Origin: Calditrichota bacterium
Lineage (GTDB): Bacteria; Zhuqueibacterota; JdFR-76; BMS3Abin05
DNA: 64,000 nucleotides
Assembly (NCBI GenBank): GCA_013151735.1
Contig: JAADHR010000179.1
Coordinates: forward strand, 12,656 to 76,655
Reading direction: 5' to 3'
Below, in pieces: positions 38,310 to 46,698 of the stretch. Both the position numbers and the translations under genes were made by a program. Below the pieces are notes generated by a model. The model was not told the DNA's origin and ran no database searches. It was given only the letters and a program-made list of their open reading frames with translations. Every line of letters starts with the position of its first letter. The stretch's first letter is position 1.

Positions 38310-39215
38310 ATGAAAGTTGATTTTAAAAAATGGTTTTTGGGGTCAATTTTACTGCTCCTTTTTTTCAGCCGGAGCTCTGACGCTCAGCTTCAGAGGACGG
38401 CTCCTGAAAAACAAACCTACTCGCTGGCACTGGTGCTCAGCGGCGGGGCTGCTCTTGGCTATGCCCACCTCGGTGTATTAAAGGTGCTGGAAGAAAACGG
38501 CGTCCAGCCGGATCTCATTGTGGGTACGTCCATGGGTGCCATTATTGGGGGGCACGTGGCGGCCGGTGTTCCGCTTCCCGCTTTAATCCGGCAGGCTTCG
38601 TCCATTACGATTTTTAAGCTGATGGACTGGTCATTTCTTGGCCTGGGATTTTTCAGTTGGGAAAAAACGGAGAAACTTTTTCGGGCTAATCTGGATCACA
38701 AGACGTTTGCCGAACTGAAAATTCCATTTGCAGCTGTGGCAACCGATTTATACACAGGGGAAAAGGTTGTGCTGGATTCCGGAGACGTTGTAACGGCTAT
38801 GCTGGCCAGTGCGTCGGTGCCCGGAATCTACACACCGGTCAAAATCGACGGGCATACGCTGGTGGATGGCGGTCTCGTTGAAAACCTGCCGGTACCCACA
38901 GCCAAGGCGCTGGGTGCCAGATACGTCATTGCCGTGGATGTGCATCACCCGCTTTTGAAGGAAAATATTCGCACGCCTTTTGATGTGATCCGGCAGGCTA
39001 TTTACATTTCGCAGGACGCTCAAACCCGCGACAAGATGAGCGGAGCGGATGTCCTGATTCGGCCCGATTTACAGGGGTTAAGCTACACCAAATTTAGCGC
39101 CGTGGATAAGGGAATTGAGGTAGGCGCCCGGGCCGCCCGAGAAAAATTGCCGGAAATTGAAGCGCTCCTTCGAAAAATACAATCCGGGACATCTGATGAA
39201 AAAGGGAAAGAATAA
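38310..39215 (+). CDS. Secreted patatin-like phospholipase (RssA/NTE-like)
   Basis: LSGGAALG, GTSMG, DGG; signal peptide from ATG 38310. Confidence 0.9.
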   Translation: MKVDFKKWFLGSILLLLFFSRSSDAQLQRTAPEKQTYSLALVLSGGAALGYAHLGVLKVLEENGVQPDLIVGTSMGAIIGGHVAAGVPLPALIRQASSITIFKLMDWSFLGLGFFSWEKTEKLFRANLDHKTFAELKIPFAAVATDLYTGEKVVLDSGDVVTAMLASASVPGIYTPVKIDGHTLVDGGLVENLPVPTAKALGARYVIAVDVHHPLLKENIRTPFDVIRQAIYISQDAQTRDKMSGADVLIRPDLQGLSYTKFSAVDKGIEVGARAAREKLPEIEALLRKIQSGTSDEKGKE

Positions 39216-39218
39216 GCC

Positions 39219-40022
39219 GTGGAAAATAAAATCTCCAAAAGAAATGTACTGATTACAGGGGCTTCCAGCGGAATTGGGCTTGAACTGGCAGCGGTGTTTG
39301 CAGAGAATGGCTTTAATTTAATTCTGGTTGCCAGGCGTGAAGAAAAATTGAGGGCCGCGGCAGAGCGGTTTCAATCTGCATATGGAATTGAGGTCACGCT
39401 TCTTGTAAAGGATTTATTCCGCAGCGAGGCAGTTCAGGAAATGGCTGAGGAGCTTCGGGCCTGGAATATTTCGGTGGACATTCTGGTGAATAATGCGGGA
39501 TTGGGAGCACTTGGGCCCTTTTACAAAATGGATCCGGAAAAGATAGTTGAAATGATTCAGGTCAATGTGACGGCACTGACACGCCTGACGCGCCAGTTTT
39601 TGCCCGATATGCTGGAACGAGGGTACGGAAAAATTCTGAATGTATCTTCAACGGCTGCCTTTCAGCCAGGCCCCCTGATGGCCGTGTATTACGCCACAAA
39701 GGCGTTTGTTTTGAATTTTTCGGAGGCCATTTCACACGAGCTTAAAGGGACGCCTGTTACGGTGACGGCGCTGTGCCCCGGTCCAACGGCTTCTGAATTT
39801 CAGAAAAAAGCGGGGATGAAAAATGCGCTGGTAGGCCGGGTGGGGCTAATGTCGTCACAAAGGGTGGCTGAAATCGGTTACCGGGGGCTAATGAAGGGGA
39901 AACGGGTGGTCATTCCCGGGTTTCCAAATCGACTGGGCGCCTGGTTTGCAAAGCACGCTCCCCGGCCGTGGGTCATGACATTTATTCGCTGGATTCAGGA
40001 AAACCGCGATTCAGCTGAATAA
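39219..40022 (+). CDS. Short-chain dehydrogenase/reductase (DltE/YqjQ-like)
   Basis: TGASSGIG, NNAG, YYATK. Confidence 0.93.
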   Translation: MENKISKRNVLITGASSGIGLELAAVFAENGFNLILVARREEKLRAAAERFQSAYGIEVTLLVKDLFRSEAVQEMAEELRAWNISVDILVNNAGLGALGPFYKMDPEKIVEMIQVNVTALTRLTRQFLPDMLERGYGKILNVSSTAAFQPGPLMAVYYATKAFVLNFSEAISHELKGTPVTVTALCPGPTASEFQKKAGMKNALVGRVGLMSSQRVAEIGYRGLMKGKRVVIPGFPNRLGAWFAKHAPRPWVMTFIRWIQENRDSAE

Positions 40023-40184
40023 AGGGATGAAGCCGGACTGGGTACCGTCCCGGGGAAAATACCCGATGAATTTGTTCGGGAACCGGATTTTTGCTTTGCT
40101 TTTCAGAATTGGAATTCTTATATTTAGGTCGAATAAAGTAAATCATTTGAGAACTAAAATAGCCGAGGCGAAAATCTTTCCCGA

Positions 40185-41561
40185 ATGCCCATGCGAATTT
40201 TATTGGTAGAAGATGAAAAACTCAAGCGCATTTCACTGACGGATGCTCTTGAGAGAAAAAATTTTGAGGTCATTCCCTGCGAAAACCCGATTGATGCGCT
40301 TGCTGTATTGGAAGAAGAAGCAGCCATAGACGTTATTGTCACGGACTTAAAAATGCCAAAAATGAATGGCATCGATTTCATTAAAAAAGTTCGTGAATTT
40401 GATAAAGAAATCCCTATTATTGTTGTAACCGCCTATGCCACGGTAGAAACGGCCGTGGATGCCATGAAATTGGGGGCCTACGATTACATCACCAAACCCT
40501 TTACAACCGATGAACTGATTCTTGTTCTGGATCGTCTCAGGGATTATCAGGAAATTGTGCGGGAGAACATTTATCTAAAAGCGAAAATACGAAGCCGTTA
40601 CCGCTTTGAAAACATTATTGGCCGCTCCAAACCCATGCAGGAAATTTATCGTATTATTCAAACCATAGCCGATTCGGATGCCACGGTCCTCATTCAGGGG
40701 GAGAGCGGTACGGGAAAAGAGCTTATTGCCAATGCGATCCATTTTAACAGCAACCGGCGAAACAAACCCCTTGTTTGTGTCAGTTGTGCCGCTCTAACGG
40801 AGAGCCTTTTTGAGAGTGAGATTTTTGGCCACGAAAGAGGGGCATTCACAGGAGCAGTAAAAGAGAAAAAAGGCCGTTTCGAACTGGCCGACGGAGGAAC
40901 GATCTTTCTGGATGATGTGGACGATATTCCCCTGTCGTCGCAGGTAAAACTGTTGCGAGTTCTTCAGGAAAAAGCGTTTGAGCGGGTGGGGGGTACAAAA
41001 AGCATTTCTGTGGATATTCGTGTGGTGGCCGCGACAAAGGTTAATCTTCTTGAAAAAGTCAAGCAGAATGAATTCAGGGAGGATTTGTACTACCGCCTGA
41101 ATGTTGTTCCCATTTTGTTGCCGCCGCTCCGGGAGAGAAAGGAAGATATTCCCCTGTTGATTGACCACTTCATGAGCAAATATCAAACAAAATCTCCCGT
41201 ACGAAAATTTTCAAATGACGCCATGAAAGTCATTCTTTCGTACGACTGGCCCGGGAATGTGCGGGAGTTGGAAAACATCGTAGAGCGCATTTGTACACTT
41301 ACCACGCATGAAATCGTTGAATTGGAGGATCTCCCGGATTTTCTTCTGGTTCCTTCAAAAACAACATTTAACTGGCGGGGATTTTATGGTCATCACCCTC
41401 AACTGGATTTTGCGGAACTGATTCGATCCTATGAAAAGGAGCTGCTGATTTGGGCACTTAACAAGGCCGGTGGAAATCGCAGCAAAGCGTCTCAATTATT
41501 GCAGTTAAAGCGTACAACTCTTCAGGATAAATTGAAGAAATATGGCCTTCAGGAGAAATAA
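40185..41561 (+). CDS. Sigma54-dependent response regulator
   Basis: Receiver, GESGTGKEL, GAFTGA, Walker B variant FLDDVDD, Fis HTH. Confidence 0.95.
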   Translation: MPMRILLVEDEKLKRISLTDALERKNFEVIPCENPIDALAVLEEEAAIDVIVTDLKMPKMNGIDFIKKVREFDKEIPIIVVTAYATVETAVDAMKLGAYDYITKPFTTDELILVLDRLRDYQEIVRENIYLKAKIRSRYRFENIIGRSKPMQEIYRIIQTIADSDATVLIQGESGTGKELIANAIHFNSNRRNKPLVCVSCAALTESLFESEIFGHERGAFTGAVKEKKGRFELADGGTIFLDDVDDIPLSSQVKLLRVLQEKAFERVGGTKSISVDIRVVAATKVNLLEKVKQNEFREDLYYRLNVVPILLPPLRERKEDIPLLIDHFMSKYQTKSPVRKFSNDAMKVILSYDWPGNVRELENIVERICTLTTHEIVELEDLPDFLLVPSKTTFNWRGFYGHHPQLDFAELIRSYEKELLIWALNKAGGNRSKASQLLQLKRTTLQDKLKKYGLQEK

Positions 41562-42141
41562 CAACACTGCCATCGTACTGGCGGGCGGAAGCAGCACCCG
41601 AATGGGCCGGCCAAAGGCTTTGCTTAATTTTGGCGGAATTTCGCTGATTGAGAGAGTGGTTCATCAATTGCGCCCGGTAACCGAGGATATTCGGATTATT
41701 ACAAATACGCCCGAATTGTACACATTTCTCAATTTACCCATGCACGCTGATTTTATTCCCGATAGCGGGCCCCTGGCCGGTATTTTTACCGGACTGGCGA
41801 TCACACGAAGCGAACCGGTTATTGTGATGGCTTGCGATACCCCCTTTATTACAACAGAGTATTTTTTCTTTTTACTGGACCAGTGGTCAGACAAGATAAG
41901 CTGTCTGATTCCCAAAATAGGCCGTTTTTATGAGCCGTTGGCGGGACTCTATTCCCATCGAGCCATGCCGGTGATCGAAGAATTATTAAAAAGCGGAAAC
42001 CGGAAAATTGAGTCCCTTTTTGACCGGGTTCCCACAAAAACGCTGAGCAAAAGAGATCTGGCTCAATTTGGGGATCTCCGTAAATTTTTCTGGAATATCA
42101 ATGATCCCGAAGGGTATGAAGAGGCGCTCAAACAGTTGTGA
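41542..42141 (+). CDS. mobA: Molybdenum cofactor guanylyltransferase
   Basis: LAGGSSTRMGRPKA, GPLAGI, ACDTP, EPL, NIN; overlaps the regulator's 3' end by 20 nt. Confidence 0.92.
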   Translation: MAFRRNNNTAIVLAGGSSTRMGRPKALLNFGGISLIERVVHQLRPVTEDIRIITNTPELYTFLNLPMHADFIPDSGPLAGIFTGLAITRSEPVIVMACDTPFITTEYFFFLLDQWSDKISCLIPKIGRFYEPLAGLYSHRAMPVIEELLKSGNRKIESLFDRVPTKTLSKRDLAQFGDLRKFFWNINDPEGYEEALKQL

Positions 42142-42173
42142 CGAAATGCCGTCACATTGTCGAAAATGCATCA
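42139..42173. promoter_or_regulatory. bEBP enhancer pair TGACG-N6-CGTCA
   Basis: TGACGAAATGCCGTCA (42139-54) and weaker TGTCGAAAATGCATCA (42158-73); same arrangement at 45319. Confidence 0.7.
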
Positions 42174-42231
42174 TTTGCGACTGCTCAAAGGGATTCCTGG
42201 GACAAAGCCTTTTGGTTTTCACCTTTTGAAG

Positions 42232-42244
42232 AATCAAACGGTTA
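42232..42244 (+). promoter_or_regulatory. IHF site
   Basis: AATCAAACGGTTA matches WATCAANNNNTTR and lies between enhancer and promoter. Confidence 0.6.
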
Positions 42245-42284
42245 CGCTGTTATGAAGGTTATCTGGACATATCGGGGGATTGAA

Positions 42285-42299
42285 TGGCATAGCTTTTGT
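42285..42299 (+). promoter_or_regulatory. Sigma54 -24/-12 promoter
   Basis: TGGCATAGCTTTTGT, GG-N10-GT. Confidence 0.7.
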
Positions 42300-42327
42300 T
42301 GTAATTGATTTCAATCACATTATTCAA

Positions 42328-42427
42328 TATCTCCGAGTTCCCGAACCTACAGCCCAAAAGCCAGGGTTCTCGAACCGATAGGGTTCAACTGGAAACAGGT
42401 GAGCCTCCCGCGTTTGGAAAGGAGATA
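42328..42427 (+). ncRNA. Moco RNA motif riboswitch, P3-less (Tuco-like) variant
   Basis: P1 TATCTCC/GGAGATA; CTCCGAG...CCTA...; AGGGTTCA-CTGGAAACAG-TGAGCCTCCCG...TTTGGAAAGGAG matches the 3' signature of the E. coli moaA leader (GCCTCCCGTATTTGGAAAGGTG); context of mobA, moeA and napA. Confidence 0.88.
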
Positions 42428-42440
42428 GCAGAGGAAAAAT

Positions 42441-42476
42441 AGCCCCAATTTCCGAACGCGAAATTGGGGTTTTTTG
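42441..42476 (+). terminator. Riboswitch expression-platform terminator
   Basis: AGCCCCAATTTC-cgaacgc-GAAATTGGGGTT plus U-tract; 42449-42460 can instead pair with aptamer 42409-42420. Confidence 0.85.
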
Positions 42477-42586
42477 TTTGAAAAATCTGTCGTAAAAATC
42501 CATAGAGAAACGCAGGAGACCGGGGAACGGATCAGAGAATATTGGATCTGCCTCCGGCAAATTAAATTTTTCCATTGGGAGGAAAC

Positions 42587-43219
42587 GTGGCTCATAAACA
42601 ATTTTTTGTTTCGCTTCAGGAAATGGTTCTAATTGCCCTTCTTGGTGCGCTTTGGGCAGCGGTGGAAATTCACGTTGGCTTTCTGCTGCACCTTGTAAAA
42701 TTACCATTTGCCGGAATTTTGTTAACGTTTTTTGGCGTGATCATTCTTTTGGTGGGGCGGACCTTTGTTCCACGGACGGGAACAGCCGTTCTAACCGGCT
42801 TGATTGCTGCTTTATCTACCTTCCTTTTCCTGGGCGCGATTGTCATCTACCCGATGATCGGCATCGTTATGGAGTCCATTTTTGTGGAAATCGGATTGGC
42901 CTTTCCCTTTTCTTCCCGAATCAATTACCAGGTCTCCGGTGTTCTGGGATTGCTGTGGAGTTTTTTCCACCCATTTATTGTTCAGGGGCTTGTTGCGGGT
43001 CTGGGATTTTGGAAGATATTCTCCATTGTCGTTGAAAAAGGGGCCAAACTTTTTCATCTGGCTCCCCAACAGGCGTTTATTGTTTTATTACTCCTGTTCA
43101 GTCTTTTTGCAGCGGCCGGATTACTGGCAGGTATGGTCGGGTGGAGTTTATCCAATCGCCTGCGTCACATGGTTTCGTACCACTGGCTCAGTCAAAAATC
43201 AATAAAAGGCACGGTGTGA
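42587..43219 (+). CDS. Membrane protein resembling an ECF-transporter S-component
   Basis: GTG start after GGAGG; about 210 aa, 5-6 TM segments, first helix VLIALLGALWAA with an AxxxA-like motif. Confidence 0.6.
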   Translation: MAHKQFFVSLQEMVLIALLGALWAAVEIHVGFLLHLVKLPFAGILLTFFGVIILLVGRTFVPRTGTAVLTGLIAALSTFLFLGAIVIYPMIGIVMESIFVEIGLAFPFSSRINYQVSGVLGLLWSFFHPFIVQGLVAGLGFWKIFSIVVEKGAKLFHLAPQQAFIVLLLLFSLFAAAGLLAGMVGWSLSNRLRHMVSYHWLSQKSIKGTV

Positions 43220-43297
43220 AAAGAAACAACAGAGCGGCTTTATTATGATTCTGGCTTTCCCGGTTTTTTTACAACATTTATCTGCCATTTGTCTGAA

Positions 43298-43834
43298 ATG
43301 ATACGTATTCTGATAACCGGTGAACAGGGTGTCGGAAAATCGACACTTACTCAAAACCTGGTTCAAAAACTGCATCTAAAGCCCTCGGGTTTTAAGACCC
43401 TTCCCATTTATGAAGGCCGCCAGAAATTGGGGTATTATCTTCAAGACCTGGAAACCGGAGAAAAGTATCTCTTTGCACACAGGCGTTTCAAAAGCGATAA
43501 GCGCTTGGGTGATTTTGGAATTCGTGAAGAGGTATTTGAGAAATTCGGAACACAAATTGTGGCGCAGGTGATGTCGAAAGAGGGCTGGATCGTCATTGAT
43601 GAGGTCGGAATTATGGAATCAGATTCCAGGCCTTTTGTGGATGCCCTGAAAAAGCTGTGGAAATCGCCCCGCAATCAGATCTGGGTCATCCAAAAAAGAA
43701 GCCCAATCCTGGGAATGCTCGTCAACCTGAGAGTGCCCTATCATCTATTCGACGTCACGGTTTCCAATCGTGGAGAATTGGCAAATGAAATTCTGAAAAC
43801 CATCCGGCACACTGCAAACAATGAAGAGGGTTGA
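43298..43834 (+). CDS. THEP1/NTPase_1 family P-loop nucleoside triphosphatase
   Basis: ILITGEQGVGKST, GFKT, IVIDEVG.ME, VTVSNR. Confidence 0.85.
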   Translation: MIRILITGEQGVGKSTLTQNLVQKLHLKPSGFKTLPIYEGRQKLGYYLQDLETGEKYLFAHRRFKSDKRLGDFGIREEVFEKFGTQIVAQVMSKEGWIVIDEVGIMESDSRPFVDALKKLWKSPRNQIWVIQKRSPILGMLVNLRVPYHLFDVTVSNRGELANEILKTIRHTANNEEG

Positions 43835-43951
43835 GACCGGGACCAAACGGTACGCCCAATCTCGCTTTGGGATCAGAAAAATATTGACTTCTTTAATGAA
43901 CATTATTAATTTAGGGGTGTATTCAGGCATCTGTTCTAAAAAAGCCGTTGT

Positions 43952-44012
43952 CCGCGAATTTCACGAATTGATTTTATTGAAATGAAATTAGCGCGATTTG
44001 TGTAATTTGCGG
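43952..44012. repeat. Imperfect inverted-repeat element upstream of the kinase gene
   Basis: CCGCGAATTTCACGAATT ... GATTTGTGTAATTTGCGG. Confidence 0.55.
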
Positions 44013-44069
44013 TTTTTGAAGCAAACTCACTCATTCCGAAAATAAACCTATTTCGACAGAGAGGATCCG

Positions 44070-45263
44070 ATGAATTCATCTGCCAACCCTGCGATATTCA
44101 AGCATATTATTGAAAATCTTAGTGAAGGGATTATTTTTGTTGACACCGAGAATCGGGTTGTTTTTTGTAACCATGCTGCAGAGGTCATTCGGGGAATCCG
44201 GGAGGAAGATATCATTGGCAACTCGGTTATGGATTGTCATCCGCCCAAAGTTCGCCCCGGCGTGGAAAAAATTATCGAAAGTTTTCGATCGAACAATGCC
44301 ACTGAATATCGTCGAATGGTTCCCTCAGTCAATGGGGATCGCTATTACGACAATGTCTACGCCGCAGTCCGGGATGAAAAGGGACGTTTTGTGGGGATGA
44401 TTTTGGTGAGCCGGGATGTGACCGAGAAGGTCAAGATGCAGAAAAAAATGGAAGACTACATGAAGGTTCTTGAAGATCATGTTCAGGAACGAACAAAGGA
44501 ATTGCAGGAGGCCTACAAGAAATTAAAGAACGCTCAAAATCAAATTATTCAGTCTGAAAAAATGGCTTCTCTCGGGCGCTTAATTGCCGGAGTGGCGCAT
44601 GAAATTAATAATCCTCTGGATGGCATTCAAAACAGCATCCACAATATTATCCAAAATCCTGACGACCAGATGAAAAACATGGTCTACCTCAATCTTATTC
44701 TTGAGAATATCGGACGGATTGAAACCATTGTAAAGCAACTCCTGGGTTATGCCCGTGCGCGAAGCTACCGAATGGAAGCGGTTTCTCTGAGCGAAATTAT
44801 CGAAAAAACGCTTATTTTGTTGGAATATCGACTGTCGCGTTCGGGGATCGAAGTCATTAAGCAGTATCCGGAAAAGGACATTCTCGTTTTGGGCGATGAC
44901 AACCATCTGCAGCAGGTTATGATGAATGTCTTTCTGAATGCCATTGATGCCATGCCCGAGGGCGGGGAACTGCGGATCGAGGTCAAAGCAGAGAGTGAAA
45001 AATGGGCAAAAATAGCGATTGAGGATACGGGCGTTGGAATTCCAAAAGATGATTTACCGCGGATTTTTGATCCCTTTTTTACAACCAAGGAAGTGGGAAA
45101 GGGAACGGGATTGGGGCTGGCCGTCAGTCTCGGAATTATCGAAGAACATGGGGGAAAGATCATCGTGAAAAGTAAAATTGGACGAGGAACCACATTTTCT
45201 ATTTTGATTCCGCCATTAACATCCAAACAAACCAAACCCATTCTCTATGCAGAGATGAAGTAA
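44070..45263 (+). CDS. Cytoplasmic PAS-domain sensor histidine kinase
   Basis: PAS with DCHPP motif; AHEINNPL, NAIDAM, DTGVGI, FFTTKEVGKGTGLGL. Confidence 0.93.
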   Translation: MNSSANPAIFKHIIENLSEGIIFVDTENRVVFCNHAAEVIRGIREEDIIGNSVMDCHPPKVRPGVEKIIESFRSNNATEYRRMVPSVNGDRYYDNVYAAVRDEKGRFVGMILVSRDVTEKVKMQKKMEDYMKVLEDHVQERTKELQEAYKKLKNAQNQIIQSEKMASLGRLIAGVAHEINNPLDGIQNSIHNIIQNPDDQMKNMVYLNLILENIGRIETIVKQLLGYARARSYRMEAVSLSEIIEKTLILLEYRLSRSGIEVIKQYPEKDILVLGDDNHLQQVMMNVFLNAIDAMPEGGELRIEVKAESEKWAKIAIEDTGVGIPKDDLPRIFDPFFTTKEVGKGTGLGLAVSLGIIEEHGGKIIVKSKIGRGTTFSILIPPLTSKQTKPILYAEMK

Positions 45264-45318
45264 GCCCTTCGCAGTGTCCCGATTCTGGGAGGAATTTCAT
45301 GTCATCCCCGACAATACC

Positions 45319-45353
45319 TGACGAAATTCCGTCACTTGTACAGAAATTCGTAA
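45319..45353. promoter_or_regulatory. bEBP enhancer pair TGACG-N6-CGTCA (second copy)
   Basis: TGACGAAATTCCGTCA (45319-34) plus degenerate GTACAGAAATTCGTAA starting 19 bp later. Confidence 0.7.
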
Positions 45354-45400
45354 ATTATGCCCCTTCATGCCAACTCCTGCATCTTGCCTATTTCTAATAA

Positions 45401-45454
45401 AATCAATAAGTTGGATATTTTACGCTTTCTTCTCAGGAATGGCACACTTCTTGA
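45401..45454 (+). promoter_or_regulatory. IHF site and sigma54 promoter of moeA-porin-nap operon
   Basis: AATCAATAAGTTG (45401-13); TGGCACACTTCTTGA (45440-54), GG-N10-GA. Confidence 0.7.
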
Positions 45455-45486
45455 ATATCAGGACAGCAAATACCTAAGGAGGAGCA

Positions 45487-46698
45487 TTGGAATCTATCCA
45501 ATCCATTGTTGCCACGATTTTAAAATACACAAAGACACTTCCTTCTGAAAATATCTCATTAATGAAATCTGTAGGTTGTATTGCAGGTGAAAACATCATT
45601 GCATCTGCCGATTTTCCGTCACGCACCCTTTCCCTGATGGATGGTTTTGCATCCCGCCACGAATGGCTGGAAAAAGCATCAAAAAAAACCCCTGTTACTT
45701 TAAAACGATCCCAAAGAAGCGTCTCAAAAAGGGTGTTTGAGAAAGATGTTGCCATTTCTGCCAGACTATTTGAACCCCTGCCCGAGGGTTTTGATGTTGT
45801 ATTTGGAGAAGAAGAGGTATCCGTGTCGCATCAGACAATTACCATTGAGAAACCCTTTCAAAAATGGACGAATGTGTTGCCTGCGGGTTCAAAAATACGC
45901 AAAGGCCGGGTGTTGCTGTCAAAGGGAAGCGAAATCACTTGTTTAGATATCGGTACGGCATCGTTCCTGGAGTTAGAATCCTTGCCCGTTATTCGAAAGC
46001 CGCGGGTGGCTTTGATTTTTGTTTGCCCGTCCATTCAAAATGTCAGGGACAGAGAGACGCTTGTAAAATACCTGAAGGGAATTTCAAATACCATTGCTGC
46101 GCAGGTCATAAAATATCGCGGTCTTGTCAGACGCTATAAAATATTATCTGATTTTTCCGGGGCCGATCGTGTCACAATCTCGCGTGCTTTGAAAAATGAT
46201 TTGATCATTTTTATTGGCGAATGCTCAAAAAGGTACCAGGATATTTTGATTGGCGTATTGGAGAAGAAAAATGTTCAATTTCATTTACACACCCAGAATG
46301 TGTACCCGGGATTATTCTTCTCATTCGGAACATTTGAAGACCGATTGATTTTCTTGCTCCCCAACGATCCCATTGGCGCCATTCTGAATTTTGAGGAATT
46401 TGTCCGGCCCGCGCTTTTTAAAATGAGAGGCAAAAAACAAATCACTCACGATGTGATCAATGCACGATTGGACAAGACCATTAATAAGTCTGAAAACCGG
46501 ATATCACTTGTTCAGGCCTCGGTTCACTTGAGAAATGGTGTTTTTTATGCCGTCCCTGTTGAAGAAAATCCATTTTCCAACCCGGAAAACCGGCGCAAGG
46601 TCAACGGCATTATTGTCCTTCCGCAAAATGTAAGGCAGCTTCCAAGGGGAAGCGTCACGCGTGTGCAAATACTCCGACAACCGGACTGGAATGATTAG
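45487..46698 (+). CDS. moeA: MoeA-like molybdopterin molybdenumtransferase (degenerate motifs)
   Basis: SLMDGFA, PLPEGFDVV, RKPRVAL, LLPNDP, FEEFVRPALFKMRG; TTG start after AAGGAGG. Confidence 0.75.
   Translation: MESIQSIVATILKYTKTLPSENISLMKSVGCIAGENIIASADFPSRTLSLMDGFASRHEWLEKASKKTPVTLKRSQRSVSKRVFEKDVAISARLFEPLPEGFDVVFGEEEVSVSHQTITIEKPFQKWTNVLPAGSKIRKGRVLLSKGSEITCLDIGTASFLELESLPVIRKPRVALIFVCPSIQNVRDRETLVKYLKGISNTIAAQVIKYRGLVRRYKILSDFSGADRVTISRALKNDLIIFIGECSKRYQDILIGVLEKKNVQFHLHTQNVYPGLFFSFGTFEDRLIFLLPNDPIGAILNFEEFVRPALFKMRGKKQITHDVINARLDKTINKSENRISLVQASVHLRNGVFYAVPVEENPFSNPENRRKVNGIIVLPQNVRQLPRGSVTRVQILRQPDWND

Noticed and set aside
42324..42707. Minus-strand ORFs across the riboswitch
   Set aside because: No motifs; the region is explained by the + strand aptamer and terminator.
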